The notes below the pieces were generated by a model, which was not told the DNA's origin, made no database searches, and worked only from the letters and a program-made list of their open reading frames with translations. Below, one piece after another: positions 17,592 through 29,900 of a stretch of 64,000 bases of DNA. The position numbers and the translations under genes were made by a program. How positions within the stretch are numbered: position 1 is the stretch's first letter; each line of letters begins with the position of its first letter. Location of the stretch: contig CAZCME010000008.1 in NCBI GenBank assembly GCA_964499705.1, forward strand, positions 1 to 64,000, given 5' to 3'. This DNA comes from an uncultured bacterium. Its GTDB lineage: Bacteria > UBA8481.

Positions 17592-20519
17592 ATGAAGAGA
17601 TTTCTGGCGTTCATCCAGGTTATTGCGCTCACGCTGTCGGTCGCGCCCACTTCGTCTTCCGCGGCGACGTTCCGCAACGAGCATCCGGCCAAGGTCATTG
17701 TCGGCCACAACGACATGACGACGATAGGCGTCTCGGGCAGCGATGCTGACAAGGTCGATTTCAACGCGAATGCGAACGTCGCGATCACCGCCGACGGGAA
17801 ACTCCTTGTCGCCGATCGCCAGAATCACCGCATCCTCGTTTTCAACGCGATTCCCGCGACAAGCGGAGCGGCGGCGGACTACGCGATCGGCCAGGATGAC
17901 CTGACGTCGAAATTCATTCATCGAGGAAATCTCGACAATGACAACAACCCTGCGCCCTGCGCATGGGGACTGTATGAACCGATCTCGGTTGCCGTCGGTC
18001 CCGCCGGAGAAATTGCCGTCGCCGACCGCCAGAATCAGCGCGTTCTCATCTGGAAGACTTTACCGACGAAGGACGAGGTTACCGCGAAAAAGCCCGCCGA
18101 TCTCGTTCTCGGCCAGAAGAACTTCGAGACGCGAGGCGGAAACCAGAACGCATGGGGATTGTCCGATCCCGAGGACGTTGCCTTCCACGGCAAATCGCTC
18201 GTTGTCGCCGATCGCGAGGGAAACCGCGTCCTGATCTGGAAGGATTACACGACGGCATCCAACGGCCAGGAAGCCGACATCGTTCTCGGACAGCCGGATC
18301 TGACGACGTTCAACCAGCCGGAAGACCAGGGCGGAATCCGCGCCATCCGCGCGGTGGCGGTCGGTCCGAATGGCGCTCTTCTCGCGAGCGGCCTCCAGGA
18401 CTGGGTCTATATCTGGAAATCCTTTCCCGCCGCGAACAATCAGAAGCCGGACGTTGTGCTGGGAGAACACCCGATCGCGGACATCGCAAAATCCGACAAG
18501 ATGGTCTTCAACGATCCGCACGGCCTTGCGATCTCGAATGCCGGGCAACTTGCGATCGGCGACAAGGGTCACGGACGCGTCCTGATCTATAATTCGATTC
18601 CGACTTCGCCGGACGCGCTTCCCGACATCGTCCTTGGAGCCACAGATCATACGATCGACGCGACAACAGGATCCGCGCCCCGGTCTCTGGCAGCCAACGC
18701 CACGACCTACGACAATCGCTACCTCGGCAGCCCCACCGGCCTCGAATGGGGGCCGAACGGCATTCTCGTTGTCACCAGTGTCAGCGGCGAGTGGGTGAAG
18801 ATTTTCGATCCGGAGTTCTTCGTCGATCTCCCGACCTACGCGGGCAAACCAGAGATCTCCCCGAAGGACGCGCTCGTTCCGGCCGGCGATCCGATCCAGC
18901 TTGCCGTGAAAAAGGGTCAGCCCCCGTACCGATTCGCAATGGTTCCGAACAATCAGCCGGAAGGATACTGCCCGACGACCCTGGACGCGGAGAAAGGCAT
19001 CATCATGCCGGGGCTCTTCACAATTCACGACGGAACGAATCGCACCGCTCAGCTCTTCACCGTCACCGATGCCAACGGCGATGTCGATACCGCCTCGATC
19101 CTGGTATTTCCGAAAGTCCAGATGCGCGCGATTTCCGACCTCTATCCGAACACCACCGCATATCTGGAAGCGTGGGGAGGGCTCAATGCCTACGGCGAAC
19201 CTTTCACGTTCACCTTCGCCGGGAACGCATCAGGCGGTTCGATCCTGCTGCCCGATCCCGAAGCGTACCGTTATCAGACGATGTATCAATCGGGTTCGAA
19301 TGCGGGCAAGGATGTGATCGAGGCGGCGGACAAGATGGGAAACAAGGCGCGCATGGAAGTCACCGTCGGCGCTCCGCCGGTTGTCTCCCCTGTCGATCCG
19401 AGCGTCGAAGCCAGGGGAACGATACAGTTCGACTTTGAAGGAGGCATTTTCCCGCGATCTATTCCCTCAGATCAGGGTCAACGTAGCTGGATGTTTGTAG
19501 AGAACAACAGCGGTGGATCCATAGGGCACTACGACGGCATATACACCGCGGGGCTGCGCGGCGGCAAGGACATCATCGCCCTGCATGAGCCGAATGGTTA
19601 TCTCGTCAGGACGACGGTAACCGTTACGCAAGTCGCGCCCGAACTGACTTCCGCCGTCAATGCGTCCGGACACATTTCCGGCGGCGCCGCCTTCAAGCTT
19701 GCCGGCAGGAATTTCGATCCAAACGCGACCGTGACCGTCGGAGGTTCCGGAGCCATTGTGCAAAGTGTCAACGAATATGGAACCGAGCTCACCGCCCTGG
19801 CGCCGGCGACCACCGAGGCAGGAAAGAAAGACATCATGGTCACCACCGGCGGCGGAACCGCGACGCTGGTCGAAGGATTCGAATACGTGAACGTGATTCC
19901 CGCGGAACAATTCATCAGGAACCTGTATCCGGCTCTTCTCGGCTTTGCGGCGGAAGCTTCGTCCGTAGCCGACGGAGTCGCGAAGTTAAATACCGGAACG
20001 CCGAGAAAAAAGATCGCTCTCGACATCATGACCGGTGTGATTTTCAGGCAGCAGCAGATCCAACGATTCTACGAGGCGTATCTGAGACGAAGGCCCAGCA
20101 CGCAGATCGAGTTCTTGACCGCGATGTCCAAGTTGCCCTCGACAGGCGTGAATTTCACGGGCCTTGAAGCTTTTATCCTCAGTTCGAATGAATATTTCTC
20201 TTCGAGAGGCGGCGGGACGGCGCGAGGATATGCGGTTTCTCTTATCACGGATCTTCTCGGGAGACCGCCGCAAAACGAGGGTGAAATCGTGAGCGTACAG
20301 GGGAGCGTCGCGGCCAGGGGCAGGAGCTGGGCCGTACACAATCTCCTGAAAAGTACCACCTCCCGCGCGCTGCGGTACCAGACAATGTACAACAAGCATC
20401 TGGGACGAAGCGCGACCGATCAGGAAATCACAAAATGGATGTCTCAATACTACACTCAGGAATACGAGATTCTTGCTGAGATTCTAGCGACGGACGAATT
20501 CGCGAGCCGGCGTCCCTGA
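17592..20519 (+). CDS. Secreted NHL-repeat protein with Ig-like/IPT(TIG) domains and a DUF4214-like helical C-terminus
   Basis: Signal peptide; repeats of LxVADRxNxRVLIW...ADxVLGQ; G.NF....TVTVGG...LTA.AP (IPT); FIRNLY..LLG / FYEAYLRR..S.EYF / Y..HLGR C-terminal repeats; AGGAG SD. Confidence 0.85.
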   Translation: MKRFLAFIQVIALTLSVAPTSSSAATFRNEHPAKVIVGHNDMTTIGVSGSDADKVDFNANANVAITADGKLLVADRQNHRILVFNAIPATSGAAADYAIGQDDLTSKFIHRGNLDNDNNPAPCAWGLYEPISVAVGPAGEIAVADRQNQRVLIWKTLPTKDEVTAKKPADLVLGQKNFETRGGNQNAWGLSDPEDVAFHGKSLVVADREGNRVLIWKDYTTASNGQEADIVLGQPDLTTFNQPEDQGGIRAIRAVAVGPNGALLASGLQDWVYIWKSFPAANNQKPDVVLGEHPIADIAKSDKMVFNDPHGLAISNAGQLAIGDKGHGRVLIYNSIPTSPDALPDIVLGATDHTIDATTGSAPRSLAANATTYDNRYLGSPTGLEWGPNGILVVTSVSGEWVKIFDPEFFVDLPTYAGKPEISPKDALVPAGDPIQLAVKKGQPPYRFAMVPNNQPEGYCPTTLDAEKGIIMPGLFTIHDGTNRTAQLFTVTDANGDVDTASILVFPKVQMRAISDLYPNTTAYLEAWGGLNAYGEPFTFTFAGNASGGSILLPDPEAYRYQTMYQSGSNAGKDVIEAADKMGNKARMEVTVGAPPVVSPVDPSVEARGTIQFDFEGGIFPRSIPSDQGQRSWMFVENNSGGSIGHYDGIYTAGLRGGKDIIALHEPNGYLVRTTVTVTQVAPELTSAVNASGHISGGAAFKLAGRNFDPNATVTVGGSGAIVQSVNEYGTELTALAPATTEAGKKDIMVTTGGGTATLVEGFEYVNVIPAEQFIRNLYPALLGFAAEASSVADGVAKLNTGTPRKKIALDIMTGVIFRQQQIQRFYEAYLRRRPSTQIEFLTAMSKLPSTGVNFTGLEAFILSSNEYFSSRGGGTARGYAVSLITDLLGRPPQNEGEIVSVQGSVAARGRSWAVHNLLKSTTSRALRYQTMYNKHLGRSATDQEITKWMSQYYTQEYEILAEILATDEFASRRP

Positions 20520-20655
20520 CATCACCGTTGCGAAGGGAACGACTGGGGATAGCCGTTCCTGTCGCAGCGAAGCGCGCGCAGGAAGCCTGGCGATTCAAGA
20601 AGTCCCGGGCCCTTGAAATAGCGAAATGAAAAAAGGTAAGATATGACGCAGGGGG

Positions 20656-21468
20656 ATGACTATCATGACAATTTTATCGCATCGTTTTTTTAGACCGGGA
20701 AACTGCGGCCGCGCGTCGGTCCTGTCCTTTCTTGCCTGCATCATGCTCGGCTCAGCAGCCCATGCGAGCGACGTGACGACGTTCAAAAGCGGCAGGGACA
20801 CGCTCCACGCGGAACTGTTCCTTCCCGACACGGGAAAAGCTCCATGGCCGGCCGTCATCGTCATCCATGAATGGTGGGGAGTGAACGACCAGGTGCGCGA
20901 TGAAGCCAAATCGTTCACGAAGCTCGGTTACGCGGCTCTCGTCATCGACCTCTATCGCGGACGATCGGCGAGGGATACCGACGAAGCGCACGAGCTTTCG
21001 CGCGGCCTCCCGGAAGACAGGGCGATCGGAGATCTGCGCGCGGCGTTCCGGTATCTGCGGTCCCGCCGGGACATCCGTCGGGAGGCCATCGGATCGGTCG
21101 GCTATTGCCTGGGCGGAGGATATTCCCTGGCGCTGGCCACCGCGGAGCCAAACCTGGCGGCCTGCGCGGTCTATTACGGGCGGCTCATCACGGAGGAGGC
21201 GCGGCTCAGGAAGATCAAGGCTCCGGTCATCGGATTCTTCGGCGAGGACGACCGCGGCATTTCACCCTCCAGCGTCCGGGAATTCGAAGCGCGGATGAAG
21301 CGGTTGAAGAAGAAGATCATCGTAGAGATCTATCCGGGAGCAGGGCATGCGTTTGCCAACGCGACGAGGTCATCCTACCGGCCGGGAGCCGCGGGCGATG
21401 CACGGAAAAAACTGGAGGAGTTTTTCGGGAAGTATCTCCCGGCCAGGAAGAGATCAATTCCGAAGTAA
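20656..21468 (+). CDS. Dienelactone hydrolase family protein (probably exported)
   Basis: VIVIHEWWGVN, GYCLGG nucleophile motif, YYG, FGEDD, YPGAGHAFAN. Confidence 0.92.
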   Translation: MTIMTILSHRFFRPGNCGRASVLSFLACIMLGSAAHASDVTTFKSGRDTLHAELFLPDTGKAPWPAVIVIHEWWGVNDQVRDEAKSFTKLGYAALVIDLYRGRSARDTDEAHELSRGLPEDRAIGDLRAAFRYLRSRRDIRREAIGSVGYCLGGGYSLALATAEPNLAACAVYYGRLITEEARLRKIKAPVIGFFGEDDRGISPSSVREFEARMKRLKKKIIVEIYPGAGHAFANATRSSYRPGAAGDARKKLEEFFGKYLPARKRSIPK

Positions 21469-21479
21469 TCCGCTCTTCA

Positions 21480-22349
21480 TCAGCTCGAGAACATGAGGAC
21501 TTTTCCAGCGAGGGAAAGTTCGACCGGCGAATCCGGAACGGGATCTCCATCCATCTCGAGCGGCCCCTTGGTGAGAATGGACATGGAATCCGCTTTCATG
21601 TGCCGGGCAAGCCGCGACAACGGCCAGAATTTTCTCAAACCGCCCAGCGTGAAACCCGCATAAGAAACGAGGCGGCCATCGAGGATGAAGATATCAAAGA
21701 GACCATCGCCGCGAGGAGCTGACGGTGCGGGGACGAAACCTCCGGCATAGTGACGCGTCAGGAGCGCAATAGCGGGGGCCGCATCAAATTCCTCATCGTT
21801 CACACGCACGACCGCGCTCTGCCGCGTCACGATCGCCTTCAGAAAAGAAACGGCGTAGGCTCCCTGACCCGTGACCTTCTTGAGGCCGGAGGATACATCG
21901 GCGACCGCACGGGCGATTGAACCCGAGCTGCAGGAGAGAATGAACCTGCGGCGGGTGCCGTCCGGCCAGCGCGCCTCGCCCACATCCATTTCGCAGACAT
22001 GGCGCCGCAGCATGACCTCCGCAGCTTGTCGGGGATCGACGGGGAGAAGCAGATCGCGCGCCACGACATTGGCGGTGCCGCCAGGAAGCAGGCCAATGAC
22101 GGTGCGCTCGAGAGGGGCGTCCTGGAGAAAGACCGAGATCGTGCCGTCGCCACCCGAGATAAGTGTCGCATCGTATCCGGCGGGATCGGCGCCCAAGGCC
22201 CGGGTTTCCTCGATGGAAGAGGGTCTGCAGATATCGCAGCGCCAGCCCGCCGCCACGAGACGCGCCACGGCGGCATCGTATCGGGGCTTGAAATGCCATC
22301 CGGACCTGGAATTGAGAATCACGCGGACATGGGGAGACTGAGGCAGCAT
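21480..22349 (-). CDS. Diacylglycerol/lipid kinase family protein (YegS/DagK-like)
   Basis: ILNSRSG, SGGDGT, LPGGTANVVARDL, MDVG, YAGG, EMDGD. Start taken at ATG 22349 because the longer ORF overlaps the opposite-strand gene. Confidence 0.88.
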   Translation of the reverse strand: MLPQSPHVRVILNSRSGWHFKPRYDAAVARLVAAGWRCDICRPSSIEETRALGADPAGYDATLISGGDGTISVFLQDAPLERTVIGLLPGGTANVVARDLLLPVDPRQAAEVMLRRHVCEMDVGEARWPDGTRRRFILSCSSGSIARAVADVSSGLKKVTGQGAYAVSFLKAIVTRQSAVVRVNDEEFDAAPAIALLTRHYAGGFVPAPSAPRGDGLFDIFILDGRLVSYAGFTLGGLRKFWPLSRLARHMKADSMSILTKGPLEMDGDPVPDSPVELSLAGKVLMFSS

Positions 22350-22440
22350 GGTGAGAAGTGGATTGGGAGAAGGCGCATGTGTCAAGGTACGAACACATCC
22401 CTGATTGCGAGGGAGGGATCTTCGCCTGTATAATCCGGGC

Positions 22441-23427
22441 ATGAACAGGATGATCAGCGGCGCGGCAATGCTGATGCTCTTCGCCGCAACGAATGCTTCA
22501 GCGGCCGGCGGCCGGGGCGGCAGTAGAAGTGTTTCTTCGCCCACGCCTCCCACCGGCGGATTGTCGTCGATTACTTCAACGAGCACGAGCACAACCTCCA
22601 GCCGCCAGTCGGTCTCGTCCAAAGGCGCGATCATGCTCGCCTCGGGCCAGACAAGCTCATCTCAGATTTCATCGCTCCTGTCCGAAGCGAGCATGGGCTC
22701 CTTCCCAGCAAGCACAACCAGCCAGGCCCAGCTCGCGACATCCTTGTCGTCGGCATTAGCAGGAAAGAAACCGAGCGCGGACCAGGCCTCGTCGATCAGC
22801 GCGGCTCTCTCGTCAGCAGCCAACATCGACGGCATGACAAAGGATCAGCTGGCCGCGCAGAAGACATCGCTCACGACAACATTGAAAAGCTCCGGGGCTA
22901 CCCAGGCCCAGATCGACCAGGTCAGCGCGGCCTTCGACAAGGTCGTATCCGACCAGCAGCAGGCGAACCTGCAGAAGCTCTCGAACGACCTGTCGGCGCT
23001 CCAGGCCGGCAGCGATGTCACGGAGGCCCAGGTCAAAGCTCTGCAGACGAGCCTCTACGCGATGTGCGACGGCGCGACGAAACCCAGCCAGGAGAGCGTC
23101 AACAACCTGGGGACGGACCTGACCACCGCCTTGGATGACGGCGATCTCTCCAACAAGGAAATGGCGCAATTGACGCACGATCTCGAGGCCGTCCTCAACA
23201 GCGCGGGAATCCCGATTTCGGAATTCACGACAGTCGTGAACAACCTCAAGGCTATTCTCACATCGTCGAATATCGACAAGACGGATATCGAGGCGATTGC
23301 CGCCGACTGCAAGGCCATCTACGACGCCCTGAATCCACCATCCAGTGTAACGTCACCAGCCTCGCGCACCACGCCGGCCGCGGGAACCGAAGCGGCAGCG
23401 GCGCGGCGATCCGTTTCGGCCCGATGA
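22441..23427 (+). CDS. Secreted Ser/Thr/Ala-rich helical protein of unknown function
   Basis: Signal peptide (ASA-A), low-complexity Ser/Thr linker, amphipathic helical repeats; coding-like codon usage. Confidence 0.75.
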   Translation: MNRMISGAAMLMLFAATNASAAGGRGGSRSVSSPTPPTGGLSSITSTSTSTTSSRQSVSSKGAIMLASGQTSSSQISSLLSEASMGSFPASTTSQAQLATSLSSALAGKKPSADQASSISAALSSAANIDGMTKDQLAAQKTSLTTTLKSSGATQAQIDQVSAAFDKVVSDQQQANLQKLSNDLSALQAGSDVTEAQVKALQTSLYAMCDGATKPSQESVNNLGTDLTTALDDGDLSNKEMAQLTHDLEAVLNSAGIPISEFTTVVNNLKAILTSSNIDKTDIEAIAADCKAIYDALNPPSSVTSPASRTTPAAGTEAAAARRSVSAR

Positions 23428-23478
23428 AATGGATAAATCACGCTTGACGATTCGGTCCGCAGGGGATGTGCTTGGAGC

Positions 23479-23904
23479 ATGAAGGAACGCGACGAACTGA
23501 TCGAGAAGGTGCTGAGGAAGGCGAATCCCAATCTCAACGTCTTCATCGTGGACGATTCCGAGCTTGCCCGGCTGAAGATGGAGCGACTGGTCGTGTCCTT
23601 CGGCTGGCGGGTCGTCGGCCAGGCCGCGGACGGGGAGGACGCTCTCGAACAATTCGAGAAGTCACACAGTGAAATCGACCTCGTCACGCTCGACATCCAG
23701 ATGCCCGTGATGGACGGACTCGAGTGCCTCGAAGAAATGCTCCGGATCGATCCCGCCGCGCGCATCATCATGGTCACATCCGACGGACACCTGGACACGG
23801 TGAAGAAGGCAATGACGATGGGCGCGAAGCACTTCATTGTGAAGCCGTATGAGCGGCTGAAGGTGATGGAAGCCATGCTGTCGGTGATGAAGAAAAAGCC
23901 CTAA
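23479..23904 (+). CDS. Single-domain response regulator (CheY-like)
   Basis: IVDDS, VTLDIQMPVMDG, IMVTS, FIVKPY. Confidence 0.93.
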   Translation: MKERDELIEKVLRKANPNLNVFIVDDSELARLKMERLVVSFGWRVVGQAADGEDALEQFEKSHSEIDLVTLDIQMPVMDGLECLEEMLRIDPAARIIMVTSDGHLDTVKKAMTMGAKHFIVKPYERLKVMEAMLSVMKKKP

Positions 23905-23910
23905 CCGACG

Positions 23911-26900
23911 TCAGCGCACGATCATGATCTTCCGGATCGCCCGCTCCCCTGTCGCCGACTTGATCACCGCAACGTACATCCCCGACGCCAATTCGTGCCC
24001 GGCGTCGGCGCGGGCGTCCCAGGCATAGCGCGCGTCATTCGACGTCTTGGCGAACGTCGCCACCAGGCGACCCGAGGCGTTGTAGATCTCCACGCTCACC
24101 TGGACGGGCAGGCTGTCGAAGATGATGCCCGACGTCGGATCGGCGGCGTTGTAGGGGCGGCCGTTCTTGTCGACGTTGTCATAGGGGACGAAAGGATTCG
24201 GATAGACGGCGACCTGCGAAAGATTCGCGGCGGCCGGAGCGCCGATGAGGACGGCGAAGATCGTGAAGTGATCGACGGTCGCCGTAACGGTGTTGGTCAC
24301 CGGATCGACGATCGACGTCGGCTCCTTCACCCAGACCTTCAGATATTCGTCGAAGTGATAGATCGCAAGATCCGCCTCGTTGTATGTCAGCACTCCGACC
24401 TTGTCGTTCAGGATATCCGTGTCGGAATACGGCAGCGTGATCGAAAGGTTCTTCGAAAAAATGCGCGCGCCGTCCTCCCGGAGAAATTCCCGGAAGCTCC
24501 CTGATCCCGCCGTCGTCACGCCTCCCCCCATCGTGACGAACGATGGAGCGGAATCGTATTCCGTCACGCGGATCCAGACGGAATCGGCGACGGCGCCGAT
24601 CGGGACGGAGAGCCCCGTGCCGTCGGCGATCAGGAGCTGAGCCGATGTCTCGGGAGTGACGCGCTGGCGACGGATGTGGTTGGACGTCGCGACATCGCGG
24701 AACTCGTGAATCCGCGAGTCCACCTGGTCGACCGTGATGCGGGTGAACGCCGGGCTCGGATCGGTGACGCCGAACTTGTCGGTACCGACGGCGCGGACAT
24801 CGTACTGCGCGCCGGATGTGAGCGGGGAGATATCCCAGAAGAATCCCCAAAAGGGCGCCTGCGTGTCCGGATTCGGCAGGCCGCGCGCCGCCGTGCAGAT
24901 CATCCATCCGGAGAGCGGAGCGACGGAACGGTATTCATACCGCACCTGCGTGAAGGAGTCGCCGTAGGTGGACACGATCGAGAGCTCATTGCCGCCGGCG
25001 CGCAGGTCCTTCAGGGGCGTGTCGGCAATCATCGCCAGCGGACTGGAGGTGTCGACGACGATGATGCGGACGGTCGTCGTCGAGACATTGTTCGCCGCGT
25101 CGACGGCGTTCACGACGAGATCGTACGTGTCGCCCGCGGCGCGGGAGTCGAAGATGACCACGAGCGTCCAGCGGGAATCTCCGGAGGGCACGGGGGTCGC
25201 GGGAGAAAATGCCGTCGAGTCGGATTGGCCGATGGGCGAGAGATGGACGAGGATTCCGGCGACGAAGGAACTGTCCGCGGCGAGAACGGTCAGCGTAACG
25301 GCGGTCGTTCCGGAATTGGAGACGGACGAAGGCGAGGCGAACGCTGCGAGAAAAACCGGGGGACGCGTGTCCGGTGTGTTGATCACGAAACTGTCGGTGG
25401 CGGAAACGGCAGAGTTGCCCACAGAATCGAAAGCGTAGACGCGCCAATAGTAAGTGTCCGAGGACAGCACCGCGGTGAAGTAATCCGTGTCGGGATGCGC
25501 GAGCGAAACGGAATCGACGAGCGGGAAAGCGAACGTCGACGAAGTGTCGACCTGGATATTGTAGAAGGAGACTCCCGCGATCGAGTCGGAGGATCGGGAC
25601 CATGTGAGCAGGACGGGCGCGGAGACGGATCCGCCGTTCAGGGCCGTGAGGATCGGGATCGACGGCTTAGCCGTATCGACGGCAAAGCGGAAGCTCGACG
25701 CCGCGGCCCGCGTGTTCAGCGCGTTGTCGCGGGCGATGACGCGCCAGTAGTAGGTTTCGTTCACGGCCAGCGAGCGCGGATAGAAAGTATCGAGCAGCCA
25801 TGATGTGTCGATCACGTTCGCCGTGAAGGCTCCGGTTGTATCCACCTGGAGCTGATACCGGACAGGAGGCGACGTCTCGTCGAGCGAATTCTGCCACTGA
25901 AATGCGATCGTGACACTCGTCGTATTGGTCCGGTCGAGCGGAGAGACAAGGTTGAAGGATGATGGCGGCACCGTATCGCTCCGCGTCAGGACGAAGGAAT
26001 CCGAGGCTGAGATCGACGCGTTGCCGAGCGTGTCGAACGCGAGGACGCGCCAGAAATAGGTGTCGGGCTGGACGAGCGAGGACGCGTAGTTGATGGTGGG
26101 ATGAGGAACCGTGGCGGACTCCGCAAGCGACGCGAACGCGCCGGAAGTGTCCACCTGGATGTTGTAATAGCGGACCGCCGTGATGCTGTCCGTGGCCAGC
26201 GACCAGGCGAGCCCGACCGGCGTCGTGACGGTGTCTCCGGAATACGTCGTCAGGGCGACCTGCGTCGGCGGGGCGGTGTCGATCCGGAAGGACCGGGTAA
26301 CATTCGGCGTGGAATTCCCGAGCGTGTCGCTTGTCAGGACCCGCCAGAAATACTGGTCGTTGGCCGGCAGACTAATCAGGAGCTGCTGTGCGGATACAGA
26401 CGTGTCGACCAGATTGGCCACGAAGAGACCGTCCTGGTCGATCTGGAGCCGATAGCTGACGCCGCCCACGCCCGTGTCAACGACCGCGCTCCATTGAAAG
26501 AGAAGGATCGTGCTCGTCGTGTCGAGGATGTCCGCGGGGATGACGGCGCCGGCGGACGGCGGTCCCGTCGTGTCGATCCGGGCGAGCGACGCCGCGTAGG
26601 CAACGGTATTCCCGGCGTTGTCGATCGCGATCGCGCGCCAGTAGTACGAATCGTTCGCGGGCAGGGTGAGCGATCCGGACGTGAGCGGCGTCGCGGAATC
26701 GACGAGGAGCGCGGCGAAGGTCGGGGCCGTCGCAACCTGGAGCCTGTACGTGACGCCGCCCGTCAGCGTGTCGGTTGCGGGAGTCCACGCGAACCCGATC
26801 GTCGTCGCCGTCGTATCGTGCGGCGTCGCGGGCGTCGCAAGCGTGCCCGCTTGCGGGGGGACGGTATCGAGCCGTAGGAGGTTGGGAGACGACGCCGTCG

Positions 26901-29900
26901 TGTTTCCGACGTCGTCCACGGCGATGAGCCTCCAGTAGTACGTGTCATTCGCCGTGAGCGTCCGTGTACCGGAGGTAAGAGTCGTCGCGGAATCGACCAA
27001 GGGCTGAGCGAAGGAATTCGCCGTATCGATCTGAAGGCGATAGCTGTTGAAGCCCGTTCCCGTGTCGGACGCCGGATTCCAGCGGAACGTGATCGTCGGA
27101 AACCGCGTGTCGTGCGCGTTCGCCGGCGCAATGAGCGAACCGGCGGCCGGCCCCGTAGTATCGACGACGACGCGGCGCGTCGATGTCGCAGCCCGCGTGT
27201 TGCCGGAATTATCCGTCGCGATAACGCGCCACGAGGACGACTCGTTCGGAGGAAACGGCGCGTTGATCCACGTGTCCAGGAGGGCCGTCGAATCGAAGGA
27301 GGGAGCCACGAATGTCCCGGCCGTGTCCACCTGGACTCGATATCGGACAGGATTGGACGAATCGAGCGCGTTCTGCCAGCGGAGCGTGATCGTCGTGAGC
27401 CGCGTCTCCGTGAGGTCGGCGGGCGCGGTCAGGGCGAAGGCGTTCGGCGCGGTCGTGTCAGTGATGTACGTGACAAACGTGTCGAAAGCGGGATTGGAGA
27501 TCGAGACGTTCCCCGCGCTGTCATACGACAGGACGCGCCAGAAATACGTATCGGAGATCGGGACGCTGAAGAGATGGATCGTATCGCCCGCGTAATGCGT
27601 CGCGGAGTCCTTCAGAGAGACAAACGTCCCGGCCGTGTCGGCCTGGACGACGTAATAGGCAAGCCCCACGATCGAGTCCGTGGACGCGACCCACGTGAGC
27701 GACACGACGCTCGTGAAGGAGTCGCCGTTCTTGCTGATGAGCCGCGCCGGCGGAGGAATCGTCGTATCGATCCTCAGGCGCCGCGAGGCATAGGCCGTCG
27801 CGTTGCCGAGCGTATCGGTCGCTACGACGCGCCAATAGTACGTATCGTTCGCGGCCAGCGTTCTCGTTCCGTTCAGCAGAGTCGTCGCCGAATCGACGAG
27901 CGGAGACGCGAAGGTGTTTGCCGTATCGATCTGGAGCCGGTAACCGGCCAACCCCGTTCCGGTATCGGTCGCCGCCGTCCATGAAAATGCGATGGTGCGC
28001 GACGAGGTGTCGAATCCGGCCGCCGGCGACGCGAGCGAGCCCGCGACGGGTCCCGCGGTGTCGATCCGCAGGATGTTCGAGCCGACGGCTCTCGTGTTTC
28101 CCGCGTCGTCGACGGCGATGACGCGCCAGTAGTACGTGTCGTTGGGGGCGAGCGTTCGCGCGCCCGACGTCAACGTCGTCGTCGAATCGACGAGCGGGGT
28201 CCCGAACGCGTTCGATGTGTCGATCTGGAGCCGGTAGCCGAAGATGCCGGATCCCGTATCGGACGCGGCATTCCACGTGAAGAGTATCGAAACGAGCGTC
28301 GTGTCCTTCGGGCTGGAAGGCGCGATGAGCGTCGCCGGACCCGGAGGCATCGTGTCGACGACGATCCGATTCGTCGTCGCCGAGTTCCTCGTGTTGCCCT
28401 CGTTGTCGCTCGCGATGACCCGCCAGAAATGCGTCTCGTTCGCGCGGAGAGAAGCGACGATGAAAGTCTCCGTCAATCCGGTCGTGTCGAGAATGTTCGA
28501 GACGTACGTGCCGGCCGTATCGATCTGGACGCGGTATTTCACCGGCGGCGAGGAATCCTCGATCGCATTGGCCCACCGGAGCGTCACGGACAGGGACCTG
28601 GTCTCCGTCAGGTCGGGAGGCGCCGTCAGGGCGAAAGCCGCGGGCGGCGTCGTGTCGACGAAGATGAACGTGATCTTTCCCGCGTTCGTGGACGCCGATC
28701 CCGGGCCGGAGTCGCGTCTCGGCGAACTGCATGTCCGGACGTCGATCCGCGCCTGGAACGTCTCACCGAGCCCGGCCGTATCGAAGATGTCGATCGTCAC
28801 GAGGAATGTCCTGCCCGTCGCGCCCAGGCGCACGCGCGAATCGCTCGACGCGAATGTCGCCTGAAATCGTCGCGTCGTATTGGAGTAGGCAAGCTGCGAC
28901 AGCATCGTGTCGGCGGCGGAGATTCTCGCGTTGGAATCTTCATCCCGCCATAATCGGACCGTCATGTCGCGCGAGTCGCTGTTGCCGAGGTTCTTAACGG
29001 CGAAGATCGTCAGCGTATCCTGCTTCGGGCCGGTCTCGCCCCGGACAAAGACATGCGCGGCGATCACGTTCGTATCGCCGCGCCGTCCGTTCGTGTCGGC
29101 GACCGTCGAATTCAACTGGACGATCAATTTTGTATCGACGACGATGCCGAGCTGCAGGGGGCCGAAAGTCGCGATGACGCCCTCGTTCCCCTGCGTATCG
29201 ACGGAAACGATCCCGAAGTAGTAATTCGTCGCCTGCAGAAGAGAATCCTTCACGTTCCAGCTCGTGATCGCACCGGACGTCGACGCTCTCCCCTTCACCA
29301 TCACCTCCGGCGCCATCCACAGATCCTCGTCGGAGGCTCCGTCGGCGTCGTCATCACCGGCCGTCGCCGCCGCAAAGGTCGTTCCTGAGACGAACCCGTC
29401 GTAATCGCCACGGGGATCCTCGTCCACGTAGCCGTCGGCATCGTTGTCGACGCGGTCGCCGATCTTCGCCTGCGTCAGGACGGCCGTATCGACGAAGAGA
29501 TAATAGCGGGAGACATCGGTCGTGGCGGAAGCGGTCCACGCTGCGTAGAAAGCCGTATCGGTCGCCGTGACCGTGAAGGCCGTCGCCGCGGCCGGAGCCG
29601 TGTTGTCGTACGCGTCGGCGCTCGGATCGGCCGTCGCCGCGGCCATGATCTTGTGGTAATGCTGCATGTACTTCCGCGCGAGGCGAAAGTCATGGACGAT
29701 GACGTGCGCCTCGTCGTTGCCGCCGACCGACGTCATCGCGGACGACGTGAAATTCGGCGAACCCGTCGCCACGATCTCCATGTCGACGATCATGACCTTC
29801 GAATGAAGCCGGTTGAAGGCGCCGGCTTCGTTCCGGTGCGTGTGGTTCGCCTCGAAGTTCCCCTGGATCGTCGCGTCCCAGTCCGTGCCGGCGCCGCCGC

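Noticed and set aside
20535-20560. Hairpin after the NHL-repeat gene as a terminator
   Set aside because: Imperfect stem and no T tract; not enough support.
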